Source: an uncultured delta proteobacterium (GTDB lineage Bacteria; Myxococcota; Myxococcia; Myxococcales; Myxococcaceae). Taken from it: DNA of 64,000 nt. Below the pieces are notes generated by a model, which saw only the letters and a program-made list of their open reading frames with translations, did not search any database and had not been told where the DNA came from. This document shows, piece by piece, positions 20,538 to 33,000 of this stretch (its first letter is position 1; each line of letters begins with the position of its first letter). The stretch spans positions 35,482-99,481 of the forward strand of contig CAVYSY010000035.1 of NCBI GenBank assembly GCA_963771175.1, read 5' to 3'. The translations under genes were made by a program, and so were the position numbers.

Positions 20538-22206
20538 CGCGGAGCTCCTGGGTGTTGTCCACCGCGGTCCGGGCGGACTGGCGCAGCAGGGCGAAATCGT
20601 AAGGGTGGTTTTCCAGCAGCCGCTCGATGAGCGATCGTCCCCGGGGGGTGGGGGCCAGGGAACCCAGGCTCTTCACCGTGGCCGCGGGCCAGGTGTCCGC
20701 CAGCGCCGTGCGCAACTTCCACGCCGTGGCCCCCTCCATTCCCTCGAAGGACTCCAGGGCTTCCTCGCACTGGACGCCGAAGGACTCGCGCAAGGCCCAG
20801 GCCCGGGGGCTGTCCAGTCCGGCCAGGGTGCCGAGGACCGCTCGGGGCGCTCGCGCGACGTGCTGCTCGCGCAGCTCCCAGGCGCGTTCGCTGTCGAGAC
20901 CCTCCAATGAGCGCAGCACGGCATCCGGTGCCGTCTCCCAGGCGCGCTGGCGCCAGACCCAGGCCAGCTCGCTGTCGAGCCCTCGGATGGCGCGGCAGGC
21001 GACGCGCGCCACCCGCTCCAGGCAGAGCGCTGCTTCTCCGCCCATGTCCGAGAGCCAGCGGGTCCGCACGCTCCACGCCTGCTCCCCCTCGAGCCCCGCG
21101 ACGGAGGTGGCCACCTGCTCGGCGGCGGAGAAGTAGAGGCGCTCGCGCATCTTCCACGCCCTCTCCGAGTCGAGCCCGTCGAGCGAGTCCGCGACGGCCG
21201 CGGGCGCCCGGGTCTCCCACCGCTCCCGGAGCTCCCACGCCTCCGGAGCCTCCGCGGCCAGGTTCTTCAACGAGCCGAGCACCTGCACCGGAGCGGCCTC
21301 CTCCAACTGCTTCCGCAGGGCCCACGCGTTCTCGTCCGTGAGCCCGGACAGCCCGTAGGCGATCAGCTCGGGGCACCGGGAGGCCAGGCGCTTCCGCCGC
21401 TCGTCGATGTCCGCACCTTCCAGGCCGGAGAGGAACCACGCGGCGAGCTGCGGCTCCTCATCCATCCAGCGATCCAGCCGCCCGAGGAACCGGCCTCGCG
21501 CCTCCGCCAGTGAGCGGATGGGCGTGGCCGGACGCATGCGCGGGGGAGGCAACGAGGGGGCCTCGCCGCGCTTCGCCCGCAGTACCTCCTGGACCAGACG
21601 GGCCACGAGCTCGTCGAGTGTCACGTCCGCGTTCTCGATGACGCTCCAGCGGTCGGGGGACTCCGCGGCCAGGGCCCGGTAGCCCGCGCGCAGTCGCGCC
21701 TGCAGTCCCGTCCCCGTCAGTCCCTTCCGGGACGGAGTGTCCTGCGGCGGCGCCAGCAGCTTCGAGACGCGGCGGCGGGCCCGCGCGATCGCCGGGTCCA
21801 CGTCGATGAGGAACACCCGATCCGGCTGAAGCCCCCGGGCACAGGCGGCCAGCACCGGCCGTACCTCGTGCTCCGTGAGACCTCGTCCCCAGCGGGCGAG
21901 CACCTCCGCGGTGTAGAGGAAGCGGTCGGCGATGACGATCTCATGCTCCGCGAGCGCCGGGCGCGTCACCTCTTCCAGGAGCTGCGTCTCTCGCGCGGCG
22001 TAGAGCAGCAGCTCGGCCATGGGCGTGAGCGCGAGGTTGATGGGATTCCGAGTGAAGCGCCGCAGCCCCTCGGACACGGGGGATGCCAGCTTGCCGTCCT
22101 CGCGGACGTGACGCACGCGGAGCCCCGCCCGGCGCAGCTCGCGCGCCACGCGGTTGGACAGCGTCGTCTTGCCCGAGCCGTCGATTCCTTCAAAGACAAT
22201 CAGCAT
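20524..22206 (-). CDS. Thymidylate-kinase-like domain fused to about ten ~27-aa helical repeats
   Basis: MLIVFEGIDGSGKTT, ELLLYAAR, IADRF; then repeats of SL.GLDSERAW.LRE. Confidence 0.85.
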
Positions 22207-23387
22207 TAGAAGCTCACCTCCATCTGCAGCAACATCGCCCGTCTCGGGACGAGGGTTTTTTCGAGGGAACGGACCTCCTCGGGGACGGACTCCTCGGTCT
22301 GGCGGACTTCCGCCTGTGCCTGGAGCCGCCAACGCCCCCTCTGTCCAAAGTTGAGTCCGCCCGCTCCTTCCCAGAGCAGGTCCTTCTGGTTCTTCAGATC
22401 CGGATCGAGCGCCGAGAGCATCACGAAGGGCTCCACGTACAGCCCGCCCTTCTTGCCACCCCCGATGCGCCAGGCCGTCAGCGCGCGCGCCATGAGCAGC
22501 GGTCCCTCGGTGCTCACCAGGAGCTCATTGCGCCCCACGAGCACCTCGGCCCAGGTGCGCAGCTCTCCCTGCCCGATCGGCAGCGCATGCTTCGCGTCGA
22601 ACCCGGCCGTCCAGTTGGACCACGTGCCGTCCGTGCTCGAGGGTTTCGCCTGCATGGACGCGCCCAGCTCGAGCGAGTCCAACACCCCCCATGTTCCCCG
22701 GAGGGTCGGGACGAGACCGAGCCCCTTGTTCAGGTCGACCTTCTCGTCGGGGTCGGTCTGCCAGACTCCGGCCTGGAACTTCAGCGACCGCTCACAGGCC
22801 GTGCACTTCCACTCGAGCTGAGCGCCGATCTGACGGCCGGTGAGTCCCAGTGCGTCATTCAAGACATCACGGCCCAGGCCCCGGCGGACGAGCGGGAGAC
22901 TCGTCGTGGACTCGAGCTCTATCAGCGAGAGGGGCACCTTGAACTGGCCCGCCCTCACGGCCAGGCCCTTGGGGAGGTTCAGCCAGACAAAGGCATCCTT
23001 CAGTCCATCCTGGACATCGAACTCCACCACGGCCCGCAGGCGCTTCTTCCAGCGGTAGGTGATCTCCAGGCGCGCGGCGGGGATGGAGAGCTTTCCGGCC
23101 AGGGCTTCCTCGCCCTTGGCGTCGATCGCCTCGCGGACGGAGAACCGGCCCCCCACCTCCACCGAGCCGAACGCGGTGGGGAGCTTGAGCGCCCCCGAGT
23201 CCTCCTCGGGAGGGGAGGGAGGTGGCTCGGGAGCCTGGGTCACTTCCGGAGCCGCTGTCGTTTCCGGGGCCTCCGGCGCGGCGGGGTCCTGGGCCACGGC
23301 GGAGGAGGACACGAGGAGCATCGTGGCGAGGGTGAGCCACCCGGCGGATGGAGCCTTGCGGGTGGGGGAGGGATGAGGGGGGCGCAC
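22206..23387 (-). CDS. Outer-membrane porin, OprO/OprP phosphate-selective porin-like
   Basis: Signal peptide, LKDAFV..VRAGQFKVPLS..E motif, alternating beta strands, terminal Phe; TAATG overlap with next gene. Confidence 0.75.
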   Translation of the reverse strand: MRPPHPSPTRKAPSAGWLTLATMLLVSSSAVAQDPAAPEAPETTAAPEVTQAPEPPPSPPEEDSGALKLPTAFGSVEVGGRFSVREAIDAKGEEALAGKLSIPAARLEITYRWKKRLRAVVEFDVQDGLKDAFVWLNLPKGLAVRAGQFKVPLSLIELESTTSLPLVRRGLGRDVLNDALGLTGRQIGAQLEWKCTACERSLKFQAGVWQTDPDEKVDLNKGLGLVPTLRGTWGVLDSLELGASMQAKPSSTDGTWSNWTAGFDAKHALPIGQGELRTWAEVLVGRNELLVSTEGPLLMARALTAWRIGGGKKGGLYVEPFVMLSALDPDLKNQKDLLWEGAGGLNFGQRGRWRLQAQAEVRQTEESVPEEVRSLEKTLVPRRAMLLQMEVSF

Positions 23388-23407
23388 GGTGTGGAATTCC
23401 TCGGGAA

Positions 23408-24178
23408 TCACTGCGTGGAGCGCATGCCGGCGAGGCGGATGCGCATGCCTTGTTCGAACTTCGAGCCGCGGGTCTCGAAGGGCTCCAGCATCCAGAGCAA
23501 CCACTCCAGCCAGGAGGGGGCGCTCCCCCGCCACTTCACCTCCAGCAGCGTGGCGGGCGGGGCATGGTCGAGCAGCCGGGAGGGAGTCGCTGGCCCCGTC
23601 CCTATCCGCTCCGGAGGGAGCGCGAAGACGAGCCCCTCGTCCAGGGTGATGCGGACACTGGAGTCGGGAGTGGCGAGCGTGCTGCGCCGGTACCAGGCCG
23701 TCACCCACGGCTTCACCGGCGCGGAGGCGGCCTGCCGCAGGAGCGTGGTCACCGCGCTCTGCTCGGGCAGGGCCGCACCCGAGAGCAGCGCCTCCGCTTC
23801 GTTTGCCGAGACGGGGAGGCGGACCTTCGTGCGTCGCTCGCCGGTATTCCGCTTCAGCTCGAGGAACCGCGTTCCGGACAGCACGGGCGGGACGGCGAGG
23901 TCCGCCGTTCCCGCGTACTCCCGCAGCCGCAGGCGTTGGGTGTGTCCGGCCCGGCATGAGCCCAGGAAGTCCAGTCCCTCGGTGTCGAGGTAGGTCGTCC
24001 GCGTGAAGGCGAACGGAAGACCGGAGTCATAGATGCGGGGCTCCGTCCAGGGCTGGAGGGTCCGCAGGACCGAGTCCAGGGACTCACGCGCGGGCTGGAA
24101 CCTCCTCTCCTGGTCTTGCTCCACCGAGGGGGTCGACAAGGACATGGTGACAGGGCTCATCCGGGCCGTGGGATTCAT
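23408..24178 (-). CDS. VTC / polyphosphate-polymerase-domain (CYTH-like) protein
   Basis: TTYLDT, RLRLREY, FLELKR, TKVR, WYRR, RITLD, LLEVK, SKF. Confidence 0.82.
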   Translation of the reverse strand: MNPTARMSPVTMSLSTPSVEQDQERRFQPARESLDSVLRTLQPWTEPRIYDSGLPFAFTRTTYLDTEGLDFLGSCRAGHTQRLRLREYAGTADLAVPPVLSGTRFLELKRNTGERRTKVRLPVSANEAEALLSGAALPEQSAVTTLLRQAASAPVKPWVTAWYRRSTLATPDSSVRITLDEGLVFALPPERIGTGPATPSRLLDHAPPATLLEVKWRGSAPSWLEWLLWMLEPFETRGSKFEQGMRIRLAGMRSTQ

Positions 24179-25789
24179 GGGGTGGTGCTGAAAGCTGCCT
24201 GGACCTCGCCCTGGCGCCTCGCGGCGAAGTTCAGCAGGCCGCTCGTGCCGGTGAGCGCGTCCTGGAACTCCTGGGCGCTGTTCAGGAAGGTGAAGCCCGG
24301 CTGCTCCGCGTTCTCACCCACCACATACGGGGCGATGAGTGCGTGCTCCGCGCTCAGGCGCTCCCGCAGGCTCTCCGGGGAGAGCGGACCCTGCACCACC
24401 TCCAGGGCATACTGCGCGTAGCTGGCCCGGTAGGTGGGGTCGTCGAGCAGGTAGCGGATGAGCGGCCAGGTCGCGTCCACGGTGCTCTGCGTCAGCGACG
24501 TCGCCCGCCCCATGCCGTCACCCATGGACCGGTCATGGTCCCAGGTAATCCAGTGCAGGCGCCCGCCATCCCCCGGGTGGGCATAGAGGTAGTAGTTGTG
24601 CGACATGGCCCCGTAGGTGTCCCAGTTCTGCAGCACCGCGTTGACCGCGAGCCACTTGAGGAAGCCAGGGACGTTCAGCTTCTCCTCGAGGCGCGCGCGC
24701 CAGGCCGCCGCGTCCGTGCGGTCCGAGTTGAGCGCGGCGATGGCCTCCTCCACGGGCGCCCAGTTGTTCTCCGCGGCCTTCGTCTCCGGCTCGAAGGAGG
24801 CCGAGTCGAAGGCCTGCCACCGGGCCCCCGTGCCATCCGCCTCGTAGAGCGCGCCGCTGTCGTCACCGAAGTTGCGGGTCGAGCAGCGAATCCTGCGGGT
24901 CCTCGGAGAGCGTGTAGAGGCCGAAGTACTGGGAGCCCTCTCCGTGGTCCACGTACAGGGCGACGAAGGAGGTGTAGCTGGTCGGCACTCCGGCCGCGCG
25001 GAAGATGTCCGTGGCCACCTTGTTGCGGATCAGCGACTTGTCGGCCACGGAGTTGGAGAGGGACAGCTTGTCGAAGCCGTAGAAGCGCTGGTCCTCGATC
25101 TCCGGGTGATCGTCCTCGAACTCGTCGAAGTTCAACCGCAGCGGCAGCTTGCCCACGCCGCTGCTCCACGCCTGCGCCAGCGAGGAGTTGCCCTTGAAGC
25201 GGATCCCCACGTACCACCAGGTCTTGCCCTCGAAGCGAACCGTCGAGGGCACGTACACCGGCGTGTTGGGGATGATGTCCCCGGCGCCGCCTCCACCCGG
25301 TGCGCCGCCTCCACCCGGTGCGCCGCCTCCACCCGGGCCGCCCGGGGGACGGCACAGGAGTTGCCCGTCCGGCGTGCTGCCGCAGGTGCTGGTGAAGGCA
25401 GTGCCCTGGATGGTGGCGCTGCAGGAGTCACCCGCCGCCTTGCCCTGGCAGGCCTCCACGAGCTCGGTGGGGAGCATCCCACCGCCGCCCGGGCCACCCG
25501 GCGGGACGCCACCATCGGTCGTCCCGCCGCCCGGGACTCCGCCCGTGCGCGAGCCGAACGCGCCCGCCATGGCGGTCATGTCGTCCTGCATCTTCTGCCA
25601 GTCCTCGGGCGCGATGGTCACGTCGAGCCGCAGCACCTTCCCCTCGGGAAAGACGACGTCATAGGCGGGGGTGGCGTCCTTCCCGTGCGTCGCCTCGGTC
25701 CATCCTTCGGGGCGATCGACGCCTCCACAGGCGGTGCTGAAGGTGAAGGCGAGTGCGGCGAGTGCTCCAAGACGCGGACTTCTTTGCAT
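24175..25789 (-). CDS. CotH-family kinase lipoprotein (frameshift near 24870)
   Basis: Lipobox FSTAC, GIRFKGNSSL, RLNFDEF, YFGLYTLSE, NWDTY..SHNYYLY, WDHDRS; ATGA overlap with VTC gene. Confidence 0.88.
25284..25337. repeat. Three 18-nt tandem repeats encoding PGGGGA linker
   Basis: GCGCCGCCTCCACCCGGT x3. Confidence 0.9.
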
Positions 25790-25882
25790 GGGGGTCCTCT
25801 CATCAGGGTGGCGGTGCTCCGCCGCCAGTGCGTGCTGCCGAGTCAGCACTGGCGCTGCGAGTTGGCACCCTGAGGGAGGTCC

Positions 25883-25909
25883 GTGACCCGTTCTTTACGC
25901 GTTTGTGAC
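25883..25909 (-). promoter_or_regulatory. Pho-box-like / OmpR-family direct repeat
   Basis: Minus strand GTCAC-N6-GTAAA-N6-GTCAC, 11-bp period, about 95 nt upstream of the CotH gene. Confidence 0.45.
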
Positions 25910-26029
25910 GAATTGTTTCGCGGCGAGTGGAGTGTCCACGAAGTCTTTGGACATAGTTGTGGGGGGACGAATCGCTCGGGTGGATGAGAAGTCCGACGGG
26001 AGTCCCTTCACCGGCCTCGCCGTGGCGTG

Positions 26030-26148
26030 AGCGACGACCCGTGGCCTTCTACCGCAAGCACGGCTTCACGCTGGTGGACGAGAGCGTGGTGCCGGAGAGC
26101 GGGCTCCCCGTATGGGTCTTCTCACGCCCGCTCGAGAAGACTCGCTGA
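26030..26148 (+). pseudogene. C-terminal fragment of a GNAT acetyltransferase
   Basis: VAFYRKHGFTLV motif with no N-terminal part. Confidence 0.45.
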
Positions 26149-26351
26149 CGCGGATCTCCCTCTCTTTCTTCCGACTGTCCCAGGCCTGTTTGTCTTGGTC
26201 TCTGGCTCGCCCGCGCGAGACCGGATCGTCTTGACCCATGTCTTGCTGGGCGGAGCGCAAGGCTTCCTGATCGCTCGCGCCAGGCAAGGCCTCGTCACCC
26301 CAGCAAGAGAGCGGGCCGCAACATCAAGTGAATCCTGCCGCTTCTACAGAG

Positions 26352-26446
26352 AAACATCGTTGAGCCATATGCGGGAAAACCGCACGTACGGTTTGAAAGG
26401 AGGAGGGTGGAAAGGGCCGCTGATGCGGTACCGCGCCACCCATCAA
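26352..26446 (+). mobile_element. Group II intron 3' remnant (domains V-VI)
   Basis: GAGCCATATGCGGGAAAACCGCACGTACGGTTT: AGC triad, GAAA-type loop, AC bulge; followed by a GGGTGG...CCACCC hairpin; no reverse transcriptase ORF. Confidence 0.75.
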
Positions 26447-26627
26447 GGACCAGGTCGGCTTTACTCTCGCCAGGGAGAAGTGCTTCATGGACTTCGGAAT
26501 GTCATTGGTATACGTGCCTCCAGCTTTTCGATGTCTTCCCTTGTCCCCATGATCCTGGCGAATGGTGGCCCTATGGGGGGGCGAATGGCAGCACCACCCA
26601 GTACGTCGTCTACGATCGGTCAAGGCA

Positions 26628-29600
26628 ATGAAGCATTCATCGCGCCCTCTCACGTCCGTTGAAGTCCTCGCTTCCCTGATGGGTGTCCCTCCTTCGGAGC
26701 TTGAACGTCAATCGGGCGTCCTGCTCGGGAGCCTGGGGATGGATTCGCTGACGGCGACGCGCGTGCGTGGCTCCTCTCGAGCCCCATGCCTTCCTATCAG
26801 GTTCTCTATGGGCTGACCGTGGCCCAGGCGGCGGCCGCGATTCCCAGACTGGAAGAAATGGCGTCTTCCTTTCTCAGAAATGAATGCGAGGCCTCCGGGG
26901 GGGATGGGGCGTTCGAGCTGACGCCCATGCAGGTGTCCTATGTGATTGGCGCCAGCCAGGACTGTCCCTGTCAGGTCTACTCCGAATTCGACATCGAGGA
27001 ACTCGACGTCGCCTGTTTCGAGCAGGCCGTGCGCCGGGCCGTCGCGCGCCATCCCATGCTGCACGCGGTCATCGTCGAAGGCACCCGGCAGCGGGTCCTC
27101 CCCGAGTCCGAGCGCCGCGAGCCCGTGCGCCTCGAAGCGCTTGCGGTGGCGGACCTGGAGCAGCGGCGCCAGGAGTGCATGACGGCGTTCCGGTCCCGGC
27201 CCGACCTGCACTGGGACGTCCAGTTGAGCCGGCTGGACGCGCGCACCGTCCGCGTCCACCTCCTGCTGGACATGCTCTTCATGGACGCCACCAGCGCGAT
27301 GATCCTCTGCCGCGAGGTCGCCGGGCACTACCGCGACCTCGTGCGGCGGGGCTCCACCCCCGCGCCGTCGGGCCCCGGGCTGGCGTTCCGCGACTACTGC
27401 GACCAGCTGGGGACGAAGCAGATCTCCGCCGCGTCTCTCGACTACTGGACGGCGCGCCTGGATGCGATGCCCGCCCCGCCCCAGCTTCCGCGCCGCAAGA
27501 GCGCGGGGGGGCTGGGCGTGGACTTCCAGCGGGAGTCCATCGCGCTGGGGGCCGAACGCTGGAACGCGCTCAAGGCCCACGCCAGCGCGCTGCAGGTCAC
27601 CTCCAACGCCCTGCTGCTCGCCGTGTTCTCCGAGGTGCTCGGCTTCTACGCCGAGGAGCCCGACTTCTCGGTCACCGTCACCATGTCCGAGCGGCCGGTG
27701 GTGCGCGGCAACGACTTCACCGGCACGGTCGGCGAGTTCACCAACATCCTGCTGTGCCCCATCACGGGCCGTCACGCGGGCATCGCCGAGCGCGCCACCG
27801 CCATCCACCGCGAGCTCAGCCAGGGGCTCGAGCACAGCGACCTGAGCGGGTTGGAAGTGGTGCGCATGCTGCGCAAGCGCCGCGCGGATCCGCACCTCAG
27901 TTTCCCCATCGTCTTCACCTCCTTCCTCGGCATCGTCGACTCCTGCGTGGAGTTCGCCGGCTGCCGCACGAGTCTCCACTTCCAGCAGACGCAGACGCCG
28001 CAGATCTCCCTGGACCACCAGGTCTACGAAATCGACGGCGAGCTGCGGATCAACTGGGACTACGACAGCCACATCCATGACCGCGACCTGATGCGCGACA
28101 TGCTGTCCTGCTTCCAGCACCTGCTGGAGCGCGTGGCCACCGGCGACCTGAGTACCTCGACCCTGCCGCCCGAGGTGCTGGCGCTGCGCGTGGGCATGAA
28201 CCAGACCCACGTGGACCTGGACCCGCAGGCGCCGCGCCTGCTTCACGGGCTGGTGCTGCGGGCCGCGCAGGCGACGCCCGACGCCACGGCGGTCATCGAC
28301 CAGGACGTCCGGCTCTCCTACGCGGAGTTGGTGGCGCTGGCCCGCGCCGCAGCGGTCCGCTTGCAGGACGCGGGCGTCGTCCCGGGGGCCTGCGTGGCCG
28401 TCGTCATGGAGAAGGGGTGGGAGCAGGTCGTCGCCACGACCGCCATCCTGCTGACCGGCGCGTACTACCTCCCGCTAAACCCGAGCCACCCCGACGACCG
28501 GCTGCGCAGCATCATCGCCCTGGCGGGCTGTGAGATCGCGCTGGTCCAGGACAAGTGCGTGAGCGCCGACCGCCACTGGCACCGCGCGCACGAGGGCGGC
28601 GCCGGGACCCCCACCCTTCGCGTGGACCGCACCCTGGTGGGTGAGGTTGGCGGACGCGTTCCCACGCCCGTGCCAGGTGGACCCTGACGCCCTGGCCTAC
28701 GTCATCTTCACGTCCGGCTCGACCGGCGCGCCCAAGGGCGTCGAGATCGCGCATGGCCCCGCGGTCAACACCTGCCTGGACATCAACGCGCGTTTCGGGC
28801 TCGGGGCGCGGACCGTCACCTTCGCCATCTCGTCGCTCAGCTTCGACCTGTCCGTCTGGGACATCTTCGGAACGCTGGGCGCCGGTGGCACGGTGGTGGT
28901 CTGCAAGCCTGATGGGACGCGCGATCCGGACTACTGGTGGCAGCAGCTGCACCAGCACCAGGTGACGGTCTGGAACACCGTCCCGACCTCATTCGAGATG
29001 CTGATCGCCTCCCGTCCTCCGGGCGCGACGCTGCCGCTGGAGGTGGCGATGCTCAGCGGTGACGCCATCAGCATGACGATGGCCGACCACGCGCTGGCCC
29101 TGTTCCCGGACCTCCAGCTAGTGGCCCTGGGCGGCGCGACCGAAGCCTCCATCTGGTCCAACTTCCACATCATCACCCGCCAGTCGCGCGAGCTGGGGAC
29201 CGAGCTGGTTCCGTACGGGCGGCCGCTCTCCAACCAGACAATGCACGTGCTGGACTCGCGCTTCGAGTACCGGCCGGCCGGCGTCGTAGGCGACATCTAC
29301 ATCGGCGGTGTGGGCTTGGCGCGCGGCTACTTCCGCGACCCGGAGCTCACGGCCAGCAAGTTCATCACGGTCGCGCCGTACGGGCGGCTGTACGCAACAG
29401 GGGATCTGGGCCGCTATCTGCCCAACGGCGAGATCGAAATCGTCGGCCGCAAGGATTCGCAGGTGAAGGTCGGCGGCCACCGCGTGGAGTTGGCGGAGAT
29501 CGAGCACTGCGCGGAGCGGCTGCCGTCGGTGCAGCGGGCCGCCGTCGTTCACATCCCGGGGGAGAGTGCCCGGCTCGTCGGCTTCGTGACCGCCAGCGAA

Positions 29601-30020
29601 CCGGGAGGCGGTGCGCAGGGGCTGGAGGAGGCGCTGCGCCTGCACGTCGAGAAGTACTTGCCGGACTACATGGCGCCGCAGAGCTGGATTGTCCTGGACG
29701 CGCTGCCGCTGACGGCCAACAGCAAGGTCGATACGAAGAAGCTGCGCCAGCTGGCCACGTCCTCCCAGTCGCGCAGGCAGGACAGCCAGCAGGGGGAGGG
29801 GAACAGCGAGGTCGCCCTCATCCTGCGGCTCGCGGCGCAGGTGCTCGGCGTGCCCGCGGACTCCCTCTCCGCCACCCAGAACCTGGCGGAGCAGGGCCTG
29901 TCGTCGCTCTTCGCCGTTCGGCTCGTCAACCTCTTGGCCGCAGCCTGGAACACCCGGCTCTCCTACACGCTCATCTTCAACTATCCGAGCGCGGTGCAGC
30001 TGGCGGCGTATCGCAGTGGC
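26628..30020 (+). other. Loading ACP and heterocyclisation NRPS module (Cy-A-PCP), cysteine predicted
   Basis: [19 protein letters not shown] (DxxxxD), [43 protein letters not shown]; pocket residues read by eye as DLWNMSLIW(K); PCP GLSSL. Confidence 0.85.
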
Positions 30021-33000
30021 CGCGCGGCGACGCGAGCCCCGGTGCGCCGCGACGGCCCGGCGGTGAACCCGGCGGAGCCCATTGCCATCGTGGCCCGGGC
30101 GTGCCGGCTGCCGGGCGACGTCCTGTCGCCGGACGACCTGTGGGAGATGTTGCTGGGCGGGACGGACTGCGTGACGGAGGTCCCCGCCTCGCGCTTCGAC
30201 ATCGACGAGGTGTTCGACGCGAACCCGAACGTGGTGGGGCGCAGCTACACCCGGCGCGGCGCCTTCATGCACGAGGTCGAGAGCTTCGACCACGACTTCT
30301 TCGGCATCCCGGTGGCGGAAGCCCGCGCCATGGATCCGCAGCAGCGCCTGTTGCTGGAGGTCGCCTACGAGGCCTTCCACGCCGCGGGCTATGACAAGGA
30401 GCGCCTGCGCGGTTCGTCCACCGGCGTCTTCATCGGGCAGATGAACTACGACTGGATGACGGACTTCGGTCACATCACCGACTACGCCGGGACCGGGTCG
30501 GCGCCGTCCATCTCCTCCAATCGCATCTCCTTCGCGCTCGACCTCGCCGGCCCGAGCATGACGCTGGACACGGCCTGCTCGTCGTCGCTGGTCGCCGTGG
30601 ACGCGGCCGTCACCAAGCTGCGCGCTGGCACCTGCCGCATGGCCCTGGCCGGTGGCGCGAACATGATCCTGTGCGCCACGCCCTACGTGACCACGTGTCA
30701 GGCGCGCATGCTTTCGGTGGACAGCCGCTGCGCCACCTTCGACAGTGCCGCCAACGGCATCGCGCGAGGCGAGGGCATTGGCGTCGTGGTGCTCAAGCGC
30801 CTGAGCGATGCGCAGGCGGACGGCGATCCGGTGCTGGCGGTGATTCGCGGCTCGGCGGTGAACCAGGACGGCCGCAGCGCTTCGCTGACGGCGCCCAACG
30901 GACTGGCGCAGGAGGCCGTCATCCGGCAGGCGTTGGACGTCGCGGGCCTGGAGGGGCGCGATGTCGACTACGTCGAATGCCACGGCACTGGCACGTCGCT
31001 GGGCGACCCGATTGAAGTCGAAGCGCTCAAGAACGTGCTGGGGGAGCGGCGCGAGAAGCCCGTGGTGCTGGGCGCCATCAAGAGCAACATCGGGCACCTG
31101 GAGGGTGCCGCGGGTGTGGTGGGGCTCATCAAAGCGGTGGAGGTGCTGCGTCGCCGTGAGGCGCCCGGCAACGTGCACTTCAAGACGCTGAACCCGAAGA
31201 TCGACCTGGAGGGCTTCGCCGCCGTCATCCCGACCCGGCCGACGGCGCTGGGGCAGACCGGGGCCAGCCATCCTCTCGTGGCGAGCGTTTCTTCGTTCGG
31301 GTACGGCGGCACCAACGCCCACGTCGTGCTCGAGTCCTGGGAGGCGCCCGCGGGCAGCAAGCAGGTCCCGCCCGCGGACGCGCTCTGGCTGTTCACCGGA
31401 CAGGGCTCGCTGGTGCCGGGGGCGGCGAAGGGGCTTTACGAGGCCAATGCCGTCTTCCGGGATGCGCTGGATCGGTACGCGGCGGTGCTGGAGTCGAAGG
31501 TGGAGGTGCCGCTCCTGAAGCTGCTGCTCTCCTCGGAGGGCGGCGTCGCGGAGCTGGTGCAGGAGACCCAGTACGCGCAGCCGGCAATCGTGGCGCTGCA
31601 ACTGGCGCAGGTGGCCATGTGGCAGGCGCGAGGAATGCGCCCGGAGGCGGTGCTGGGCCATTCGGTGGGCGAGTTCGCGGCGGCGGTGGTCGCGGGGGTG
31701 ATGACCGAGGAGGAGGCGCTGGAGCTGGCCGCGCTGAGGGGACGGCTGATGTCGCAGTGCCCGCGAGGAGGCATGGCGGCGGTGAGGGCGCCGGCGGAGC
31801 AGGTCAAGCCGCTGCTGCCGGGCGAGCTGGTGGTGGCAGCGGAGAACGAGCGGGCGATGACGGTGGTGGCGGGGCCGAAGGAGGCCCTGCAAAGGTTCGT
31901 CACGGAATCGCTCGGAGTGGCGCACACGATGCTGGCGGTGTCGCATGCGTTCCATTCACCGATGATGGAACCGGCGGCGGCTGAGTTCCGGCGGAGCTTG
32001 GAAGGGAAGACGTTCCAGGAGCCGCGGGGCGTGCGGTTCATCTCGACGCTGACGGGCGGGGTGGAGACGGCGCGGCTGAAGACGGCGGAGTACTGGGCCG
32101 AGCAGATGGTGCAGCCGGTGCGCTTCCTGCGAGCGGTGGAGACGGCATGGGCGGAGGGGACGGCGAAGACGGTCGTGGAGCTGGGGCCGGGGTCGACGCT
32201 GCTCACGTTGGCGAAGCGGATCGTGGGAGAGGAGGGGCCGCGCTGGGTCGCATCGGGCCAGGCGTTCCGATGGCGCCCGGGTCCGCGACTGTTCCGGCAC
32301 GTGCCACTGGGGTGGGGCAAGCCGGTGTCGAAGTTCGGGGGCGCCAAGGCGAAGTCCGCCGTGGAGCAGGCAACGCCCGCCACCTGCGTGTACGAAATGA
32401 CGTGGATGCCCTTGCCTCCCGAGACCGGGAGCACCCGCCACGAAGGCAAGCACCTGTTGCTGTCGCGGGACAGTGGTGGAGGGAGCGCTGCCCGAGGGCT
32501 GGCGGCGGTGGTGGCGAAGGAGGAGGAGCAGCTGCTGGCCGAGGTCTCACGCCAGCGGTGGATGACGGTGGCGCTCTGGGGGCAGCAACACCGAGGAGGA
32601 CGTGGAGCTGGGCCTGAGGCTGCTCCAGACGGCACAGGCCGACCGGCTGGTGTTCGTGACCGGGGCGGAGAGCGACGGAGACGCGGGCCTGTGGGGCCTG
32701 GCGCGGACGATGCGGCTGGAGAGGCCGGACCTGCGGGTGCGCTGCATTGAAAGGGCGGCGGGAGCGTTGGCGAAGGTCCTCACGCTGGCGACGAGCGCCG
32801 AGGCGGAAGACGAGCTGTCGGTGGATGAGGCCGGGACGGTAAGAGTCCCCCGGCTGCGCCGCTGCGCGGACGTGGGAGGCACCGAGAAGCTGGCGGTGCG
32901 CCCGGACGCCACGTACGTCATCAGCGGGGGCCAGGGTGCACTGGGGAAGGTGGCGGCCCGGCTGCTGGTGGAGCGAGGAGCCACGCACGTCCTGCTCCTG

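Noticed and set aside
26027..26662. 211-aa ORF as an intron-encoded reverse transcriptase
   Set aside because: No YADD or other RT motif; it is a chimera reading through the intron remnant
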